A DNA stretch of 41,199 nucleotides, from positions 1 to 41,199 of the forward strand of contig CAMNAC010000002.1 in NCBI GenBank assembly GCA_946530475.1, given 5' to 3'. A model generated the notes under the pieces. It was not told where the DNA came from, searched no databases, and saw only the letters and a list, made by a program, of their open reading frames with translations. Every line of letters starts with the position of its first letter. Within the stretch, counting starts at the first letter, position 1. Shown here piece by piece: positions 35,528 to 41,199 of the stretch. The position numbers and the translations under genes were made by a program. The stretch comes from an uncultured Mycoplasmatota bacterium (lineage in GTDB: Bacteria > Bacillota_I > Bacilli_A > RF39 > UBA660).

Positions 35528-37147
35528 TTACATGTGTTTTAACACTAATGTTCTTTGATAATCTCTTAAATTGCTTTGTTCTGGCATCGTATTTTGAAAA
35601 AGAAAGGAAGAAATTCCATTTAAGCGAGCAATGGTTTCTTTTTCTTTTTGAAGTGCGAGAATCGATGCTTCTACTGGTTCTTTATTTTCTACCAATAAGT
35701 AATATTCTTTAAAATAGTTTTTTAATACATCGAAAAATAATTCGACGCTAAATTCTTTGGAACCATATTCGTCTTTTCCAGATATGACATCTTTTAAATT
35801 TTCATAATCCGATAGTTTTCCTAACATCGTAAAAGTAGGTTCTGATTTTTTAGATTCTCCATCATAAAACAATAGATTATCCTCTTTGGTTTCTATAAAT
35901 AGATGACTGACAGAATTTCTCACAGAACCCATAATACTAGCATTTAATACCCCAATCTTTTTTAAAATCTCTTGATAATAGAAAGAATATTGATTATTCA
36001 AACGGATTTCTTCCGCTTTTTTTTGCATTGGATGAGTTGCATTTAAAACTTTATTCTTTCCATCCTCCAATTTTTCTAAATACAATTTATTCATGTTAAA
36101 TAACCCATTTAAATTTTTGAGATACTCAATATGATTTTTGTAAGTTTGAAAAGCAAGTAAATTTAAGTATTCTTTTGGATACTCTCCATTTATTTGGATC
36201 GAACCAAAATCCATATACAATCTTGATATTTCATTACGATGTTCAAAATCAGATGGAATTCCAATATGATTTGCGACAGTTTCTAACCTACATTCTTCCT
36301 CTGTACTAGGAGTTTTCCATTCTGTTTTAGCAGCTTTTAATTCATAAATATCAATTAAAGAATACCTTCCATAATTTGACAAAGCTAGGATATCAAAAGC
36401 AAAAAATCCTTCATCAGATTGAAAGTGATAGTCTTGAAAAACATAATCGCTTATCTTCAGTATTTCTTTGTACATTTCATTTTCTGCAGCAAATAGAGAG
36501 AATACATTAAATGAGCTATTCTTCAAATAATCCTGCATATTGATAACAATAGGATGAAATTGAATAAAGGTACGATCTTGATCACAAGCTAAATCGAATA
36601 ATAACGAAGAAAAATCTTCAGAAATTCTTTCATTGATTTCTTTCAAACTAGAAATAGTTGTTGTCATTAAAAGTTTTCTTAATTTTTTTCCATTGCTAAT
36701 TGGGATTATATGGTATCGGTTTTCATAATAGGTTTTTATGATACGATTCAAGTAATAAGATGGAATTTCAAGATTGTCTATTCTAAAATCGGAATAATCA
36801 TCATGATAAGCATTTTGAAAACAAAACGAAGAAGTGCCTTCATTGATAATGACACGTGCACATCCTTCCCCCCTATGCATAATAGTGTTTTTTAAACGAT
36901 GTATGGCATTCACTGCTTCACTTAACTCTTGCTCTTCAGATGGAGAGACAGGTGTTTCAAACTCAACAGCAAAATTCTTATTTTGTACCAATCCATGATC
37001 AATCGCATAGAATCCAAGGATCTTTATTAATTCAATAATTTCTTTATCCATGTTACGAAATTTAATTACATGGGTTTCAAAATTTTTTTCAAGATAGTAT
37101 TCTTCAAATGTGACAAATAATTCTAATAAATCTTCTAATTCTTTCAT
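35528..37147 (-). CDS. Hypothetical 539-aa protein with a PD-(D/E)xK-like motif and HEPN-like Rx4-6H motifs (putative nuclease)
   Basis: ATG at 37145-37147 with RBS GAGGGGA. Motifs: FAFDILALSNYGRYSLIDIYELK, GSVRNSVSHLF and IHRLKNTIMHRG. No family recognised. Confidence 0.7.
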   Translation of the reverse strand: MKELEDLLELFVTFEEYYLEKNFETHVIKFRNMDKEIIELIKILGFYAIDHGLVQNKNFAVEFETPVSPSEEQELSEAVNAIHRLKNTIMHRGEGCARVIINEGTSSFCFQNAYHDDYSDFRIDNLEIPSYYLNRIIKTYYENRYHIIPISNGKKLRKLLMTTTISSLKEINERISEDFSSLLFDLACDQDRTFIQFHPIVINMQDYLKNSSFNVFSLFAAENEMYKEILKISDYVFQDYHFQSDEGFFAFDILALSNYGRYSLIDIYELKAAKTEWKTPSTEEECRLETVANHIGIPSDFEHRNEISRLYMDFGSIQINGEYPKEYLNLLAFQTYKNHIEYLKNLNGLFNMNKLYLEKLEDGKNKVLNATHPMQKKAEEIRLNNQYSFYYQEILKKIGVLNASIMGSVRNSVSHLFIETKEDNLLFYDGESKKSEPTFTMLGKLSDYENLKDVISGKDEYGSKEFSVELFFDVLKNYFKEYYLLVENKEPVEASILALQKEKETIARLNGISSFLFQNTMPEQSNLRDYQRTLVLKHM

Positions 37148-37168
37148 GAATAATCCCCTCAAAGTAGT

Positions 37169-37196
37169 ATTATACACGTTTTAAAGAAGAAGTCAA
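37169..37196 (-). promoter_or_regulatory. Sigma-A promoter of the 539-aa ORF
   Basis: Minus strand TTGACT-16 nt-TATAAT. Confidence 0.5.
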
Positions 37197-37220
37197 AAAA
37201 GAGAATAGTTTCCTATTCTC
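37195..37220 (-). terminator. Rho-independent terminator after the glycine-rich gene remnant
   Basis: Minus strand GAGAATAG-GAAA-CTATTCTC followed by TTTTTT. Confidence 0.6.
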
Positions 37221-37356
37221 CTAAATATGTAATTCGGGCATAACCATTGCCGCTATGACCTTCCCCAGCAGAGTAAAATCCACCAGTTGGTGAAGGCATT
37301 TGTTCTAAAGTTGTACCTATGACAGTTGTCCATGGATACCCTTTTCCATCTAACAT
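37213..37356 (-). pseudogene. 3'-terminal remnant of a glycine-rich domain protein gene
   Basis: A 47-codon frame ending ...PSPTGGFYSAGEGHSGNGYARITYLGE*. The GNGYA(K/R)ITY ending is typical of bacterial glycine-rich domain proteins (from memory). Local GC is visibly higher than the surroundings, and no full-length ORF is present. Confidence 0.35.
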
Positions 37357-37405
37357 TTTTGAAAAACACAAAGCACTTATCATAAGTTTAATTGGGATTG
37401 GAGTA

Positions 37406-37507
37406 ATGCTTATTTCATTATATGTTTTACATACAAATATTACAATTTCAATGCTATTTGCATTAATAGTAGTTCTAATAATTACTTTAATAACGAAAAA
37501 GAAATAA
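37406..37507 (+). CDS. 33-aa hydrophobic peptide with a Lys tail
   Basis: MLISLYVLHTNITISMLFALIVVLIITLITKKK. The RBS is weak. This is the 3' part of the ORF-track ORF 37319-37507. Confidence 0.3.
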   Translation: MLISLYVLHTNITISMLFALIVVLIITLITKKK

Positions 37508-37521
37508 GGAGTGTAAGCAAA

Positions 37522-37605
37522 GTGAATATAACAATAATAATGTTTATTATGATTCCAATTGTGATTATTGGCGCAATAATTATAGATAAAAAAAGAAAAA
37601 AATAA
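37522..37605 (+). CDS. 27-aa hydrophobic peptide with a Lys/Arg tail
   Basis: GTG start 10 nt after AAGGAG. Product: (M)NITIIMFIMIPIVIIGAIIIDKKRKK. Followed by a terminator. Confidence 0.35.
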   Translation: MNITIIMFIMIPIVIIGAIIIDKKRKK

Positions 37606-37615
37606 ATCTTATAAG

Positions 37616-37642
37616 TATATAGCAATCGCTATATACGTTTTT
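37616..37642 (+). terminator. Rho-independent terminator of the plus-strand peptide unit
   Basis: TATATAGC-AATC-GCTATATA followed by CGTTTTT. Confidence 0.6.
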
Positions 37643-37710
37643 ATTTAACTGGATTTAATTTAAGGTAAAAAAAAGGTTCAATTGCTTATCTTTCCTTTTT
37701 ACTAAGTAAA

Positions 37711-37743
37711 AAAGTCTTGAAATTAAGGAGGTTTCAAGACTTT
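37711..37743 (-). terminator. Rho-independent terminator after tRNA-Arg
   Basis: Minus strand AAAGTCTTGAAA-9 nt-TTTCAAGACTTT followed by TT. Confidence 0.7.
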
Positions 37744-37755
37744 TATGATCAAAAA

Positions 37756-37832
37756 TGGCGTCCTCGATTGGAATCGAACCAACGGCCTATCGCTTAGGAG
37801 GCGATCGCTCTATCCTACTGAGCTACGAGGAC
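37756..37832 (-). tRNA. tRNA-Arg(CCU)
   Basis: Canonical cloverleaf: GTCCTCG TA GCTC AGTAGGATA GAGC G ATCGC CTCCTAA GCGAT AGGCC GTTGG TTCGATT CCAAT CGAGGAC G CCA. Confidence 0.93.
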
Positions 37833-37841
37833 AAATAGAAA

Positions 37842-38675
37842 CTAAATTAGTTTCTGAAATTCATTTGGAATTGGTGCTTCTATTATAACATGTTTTTTGG
37901 TAACTGGATTTAAAAATTCTAGTTTTCTAGCATGGAGCCCTAATCTTTTCATTGGGTTCATTTTAGAACCATATTTTTTATCTCCTACAATAGGATGATG
38001 TAATTCCATCATATGAACCCTTATTTGGTTTTTTCTTCCTGTTTCTAAGTTCACTCTTACTAAAGAAGTATGTTTTCCTTCTTTTAGGGTTTCATAATGA
38101 GTAATTGCTTTCTTTCCTTCTTTTGAAGAATAAACATAATAAGTAGAAGTTTCATTTAAATAACTTTGATAAGTTCCTTTTTTTAAACCGGTTCCTTCTA
38201 CTACTGCATAGTATTCTCTTACACTTACATAATCATTCCATTTTTCTTGCATACGATATTTCATTTTTTCATCTTTTGCAAATACTAAAACACCTGAGGT
38301 ATCTTTATCTAACCTATGTAATACGTAAATTCTTTTTTTCTCATTTGTTTTTACATAATGATTTACAATTTGATACATAGTTTCTTCTTTTGTATGATCA
38401 CTTACAGAAAGCATTCCATATGGTTTATTTACCGCAATGAAATACTCATCTTCATAAAGAATTTTCAAACGTTTATCCTTCACTTCTTTTTGTTTTTCTT
38501 TAATCGTTACTGTTTGTCCTTCTTTTACTACATCTTCTAAACGTTTCAGTAGTTTTCCATTTACAAAAACCACATGAAAAGAAAGAAGAGATTTGATTTT
38601 CTTTTTGGACCACCCTTGATTTATCTCTTGAAGAAACTCTAAAATAGTAGAATCTTTTTTTACTTTATAGTTCAT
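37842..38675 (-). CDS. RluA-family pseudouridine synthase with an S4-like N-terminus
   Basis: 277 aa with the HRLDKDTSGVL catalytic motif and the KNQIRVH region. Confidence 0.9.
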   Translation of the reverse strand: MNYKVKKDSTILEFLQEINQGWSKKKIKSLLSFHVVFVNGKLLKRLEDVVKEGQTVTIKEKQKEVKDKRLKILYEDEYFIAVNKPYGMLSVSDHTKEETMYQIVNHYVKTNEKKRIYVLHRLDKDTSGVLVFAKDEKMKYRMQEKWNDYVSVREYYAVVEGTGLKKGTYQSYLNETSTYYVYSSKEGKKAITHYETLKEGKHTSLVRVNLETGRKNQIRVHMMELHHPIVGDKKYGSKMNPMKRLGLHARKLEFLNPVTKKHVIIEAPIPNEFQKLI

Positions 38676-38705
38676 AAATACTCCTATACAAAAATAGACT
38701 TCCGT

Positions 38706-39230
38706 CTATTTTTTAAGATTGATTAATAAAATCAAATATAAATTTAGTGTATAAGCTAATTGATATTGAAATTTCTTTCCAAATTCATAGAAACTAACTC
38801 CTTTATCAACCAGATTTACAACCCAGCTTTCTTTGTATTTTGGGACATGATAATCCAAAGGAAACATATGAGATCTTATCATATTTGCTTCTTTTTCATT
38901 CAAGTTAAAATACTTTTGTGCATTTTCTAATGCATATCCTGGATGATCTACCGTATAAAGCTTTACTTTTTCTTTAATGGTGTCATAATTTACTGTTCTT
39001 TCAATAAAGAAATCGTGTAATAAACCTCCTCTTGCGACACTTTCACAATCCAAATGAAGTTTTTTCGCGATCAAATAAGAGTAATAAGATACTCTTAAGG
39101 AGTGCTTTAACCTGTTACTATCATGATGTTTAATACTTTCTAATTTACTAAATTCTTTATGATTTAAAATGGAAGAAACGAACTCTCTATACTCTTCGTT
39201 TTCTAAAAACTGATTCATTAATTTGTTCAC
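38706..39230 (-). CDS. HD domain phosphohydrolase
   Basis: 174 aa with H...HSLRVS...LLHD metal-binding residues. Confidence 0.8.
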   Translation of the reverse strand: MNKLMNQFLENEEYREFVSSILNHKEFSKLESIKHHDSNRLKHSLRVSYYSYLIAKKLHLDCESVARGGLLHDFFIERTVNYDTIKEKVKLYTVDHPGYALENAQKYFNLNEKEANMIRSHMFPLDYHVPKYKESWVVNLVDKGVSFYEFGKKFQYQLAYTLNLYLILLINLKK

Positions 39231-39290
39231 CTCGAACTACTACATTATATCATACTTTTGGAAAACAAATCACTAAAATCACATATTTTT

Positions 39291-40346
39291 TTATTCTGTA
39301 ATCGAAAGTTCTCTTCCTACCGGTTGGATTTGAATAAAGGTATTTCCATCATTTACCTTTAATTCTTCACCATTTTCATAATAGTATTTTGTTTGTTCTC
39401 CTCTTGCATTTTTTTCCCATTTAATTGGGATGGAATATCCATTACTGATGTAATATCCACTACCACTTCCAACATTATCTAAATCTTGTCTTCCATAACT
39501 ATCAAAAGAATAGTTATAGACTTGATAAGTGATGATGTTTTTCGCAGTGATTTGACCACCTTTTTCAGAATCATGATGTTCCATTCCGTTCGTATATCTT
39601 AAATATACCTTTTTGGTTGGATCATATTCATAAGAAGTTGTTTGATAACTGGAATACTCTATACTTACATGATTCGCTAAAGAGGCTCCTTCTAATTCTG
39701 CCATTTTAATTGGATATATTTGATAATTTAAGAGTGGTTTTTGTTCACTCGTCATACGATATCCTCTATATTCAGCCACTTCTTTAATGGATGCGATATT
39801 GGTATAAGCTGTATGTTCATATGGAACATCTAGAGAGGTATCTCTCCAAAATCCACTATCATATAATCCATTCACATTTGGAATTCCTAAGGAATAGATG
39901 TCATTCATTGCTCGTTCACTCCATCCAAAATGCGTATAAATCGCATCATTTTCCATTGCATAATCTAAAAAATAATGTCTAGAAGAGCGAACACTTCCTA
40001 TTTTAGCAGTATCTTTATCTTTAAAGACTGCCATCATTCTAGTAATTCCACCTTCTACTACAATTTCATAAACTAAATATGCATCTTGAAGTCCTGCGTG
40101 ATGTCCTTGTGCATATTCATGATTATTAATCATAACAGCAATTGGTCTAGAATTGGATGTTAAATCAATTACTTTCACAGTTGGTCTTTTTAATTGAACA
40201 GATGGCATTAAAGTACCTGTCCATTCTACTTTCCAGTTGAAACCTAAAATCAAAGTAGTCTCTATTCCAATTAAAGCAAGAGCAAGGATTGCCATTACAA
40301 CAATAACCCATTTTCTAACTTTTCTTTTTGGTTTTCTCTTTGCCAT
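39291..40346 (-). CDS. DUF3048 (YerB-like) membrane-anchored protein
   Basis: 351 aa: basic N-terminus plus a TM helix, then PIAVMINNH...GLQDAYLVYEIVVEGGITRMMAVF, typical of DUF3048. Confidence 0.7.
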   Translation of the reverse strand: MAKRKPKRKVRKWVIVVMAILALALIGIETTLILGFNWKVEWTGTLMPSVQLKRPTVKVIDLTSNSRPIAVMINNHEYAQGHHAGLQDAYLVYEIVVEGGITRMMAVFKDKDTAKIGSVRSSRHYFLDYAMENDAIYTHFGWSERAMNDIYSLGIPNVNGLYDSGFWRDTSLDVPYEHTAYTNIASIKEVAEYRGYRMTSEQKPLLNYQIYPIKMAELEGASLANHVSIEYSSYQTTSYEYDPTKKVYLRYTNGMEHHDSEKGGQITAKNIITYQVYNYSFDSYGRQDLDNVGSGSGYYISNGYSIPIKWEKNARGEQTKYYYENGEELKVNDGNTFIQIQPVGRELSITE

Positions 40347-40402
40347 CTAATTCACTCCTAACCACTCTCTAAAAATAGTATATCAAATTTTTCAAAATAT
40401 GA

Positions 40403-40428
40403 CAAAAAGTACCACCTAAGTGATACTT
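40403..40428 (-). terminator. Probable terminator after the Cys-rich ORF
   Basis: Minus strand AAGTATCAC-TTAG-GTGGTACTT (one G-U pair) followed by TTTT. Confidence 0.45.
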
Positions 40429-40474
40429 TAATTTGATAAATTAATGGATATTAAATTGTTAATACAGATAAAAA

Positions 40475-41199
40475 TTATTTGTCACTTGATTGAAAAGCCG
40501 GATTAAATTCTGTACTTGGTTTGAATCTATCAATAATTAATTTTTCGTTTGCAGGGACACAAGTATATCCATCTTCTATAATGAGATCATCACAAGAACT
40601 AGGATCTATCATAGTTACAGAAGCACCTTTTGATTCAATAAGTTTGATCCTTAAAGTGTTATCATTTAATGCACAAGTGTAATAATTATTTGAGATGGTC
40701 ACTGCTAAATCATTTAGATGTAAAGTATTAAATGCAAATGGAATATTCAATTGATAATTTGAACTTGACCCCTTTGTACAGGAACCTCCATTTTCTTCAA
40801 ACCATGGTTGTAAGCTTTGCAATACTTGAACTTGATCTAAATAATTACCCGATCCATTAAAGCAATACTCTTTATCTGCCATATAACATAAATGATACGC
40901 TTCTATAATATCATTATTTACATCATATTTAAAATAATAATCTGAATTCAAAGCTGATGCATTCTTTTGATATGTAAAAGAAACACTTGCCTTTTGACAT
41001 GTAACTTCACCTTCTTGAGTTTTTCCTGCATCAATAGCGTCTTGAATAAATTCTTGGCATTTTGTTTCTGTAGGAAAGCTGAAATCATCGTCATCACAAG
41101 AATTATATAGTTCTCCCTCAATTGTTCCTACAATGCACCATTTCCCTGAAATAGAATCCCCTACCTTTGCATCTGACATCGAATAAATAGTACCTGTGA
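40475..41199 (-). CDS. Cysteine-rich hypothetical protein; the 3' part is in the window and the frame stays open to the window edge
   Basis: The frame continues upstream of the listed Met (TGTIYSMSDAK...) with no stop before 41199. It has 13 Cys, is Asn/Asp/Ser-rich, and shows no TM segment in the visible part. Confidence 0.55.
   Translation of the reverse strand, partial: TGTIYSMSDAKVGDSISGKWCIVGTIEGELYNSCDDDDFSFPTETKCQEFIQDAIDAGKTQEGEVTCQKASVSFTYQKNASALNSDYYFKYDVNNDIIEAYHLCYMADKEYCFNGSGNYLDQVQVLQSLQPWFEENGGSCTKGSSSNYQLNIPFAFNTLHLNDLAVTISNNYYTCALNDNTLRIKLIESKGASVTMIDPSSCDDLIIEDGYTCVPANEKLIIDRFKPSTEFNPAFQSSDK

Noticed and set aside
35291-35712. Plus-strand ORFs 35291-35542 and 35434-35712
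   Set aside because: They run across the tRNA-Thr-like gene, two terminators and a promoter on the other strand, and have no RBS.
37148-37177. Ten extra N-terminal codons (MYNTTLRGLF) on the 549-aa ORF
   Set aside because: They overlap the -10 element (37169-37174) of the predicted promoter. The internal ATG at 37145-37147 has a GAGGGGA RBS.
37319-37405. 5' part of the plus-strand 62-aa ORF (MTVVHGYPFPSNIFEKHKALIISLIGIGV)
   Set aside because: It is the antisense shadow of the GC-rich glycine-rich remnant. Only the hydrophobic 3' portion after the internal ATG is considered a candidate.

Overview
AT-rich, almost entirely minus-strand-coded chromosomal segment from a low-GC Firmicute that carries sporulation genes (sigG, ylmC, a spoVB-like flippase, a SirA-like protein). 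All family calls come from reading motifs and gene order by eye; no searches were run. Most of the window is housekeeping and consists of gene blocks that are syntenic with Bacillus subtilis. These are aspS-hisS ... dtd-relA-comN-like | spoVB-like, yrbG-like, yrzE-like, tgt; then murF; then yneF-sirA-like-tkt | lexA; then lspA-rluD; then an ApbE/NusG_II/Gx-transporter cluster; then ylmC-sigG. After these come a DAACS symporter, cysteine desulfurase, a Qnr-like pentapeptide protein, a LOG-family protein, an ABC-F ATPase, an RluA-family synthase, an HD protein and a DUF3048 protein. RNA features are a T-box leader ahead of hisS, tRNA-Arg(CCU), and a slightly non-canonical tRNA-Thr(GGU)-like gene. 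I saw no rRNA, CRISPR array, transposase or integrase. The best candidate for something undescribed is a ~2.5-kb islet bounded by the two tRNA genes (35.3-37.8 kb). It holds a monocistronic 539-aa orphan with a PD-(D/E)xK-like core and HEPN-like Rx4-6H motifs, a GC-rich remnant of a glycine-rich protein gene, and two tandem tiny Lys-tailed hydrophobic peptide ORFs. Other points worth a second look: a LexA-box-controlled 48-aa membrane peptide divergent from lexA; a paralogous pair of unknown proteins inserted between comN-like and spoVB-like; an ORF wedged between hisS and aspS; a 27-aa hydrophobic peptide gene with a consensus promoter upstream of sigG; an orphan 412-aa double-HTH protein; and several unlisted small zinc-ribbon ORFs.
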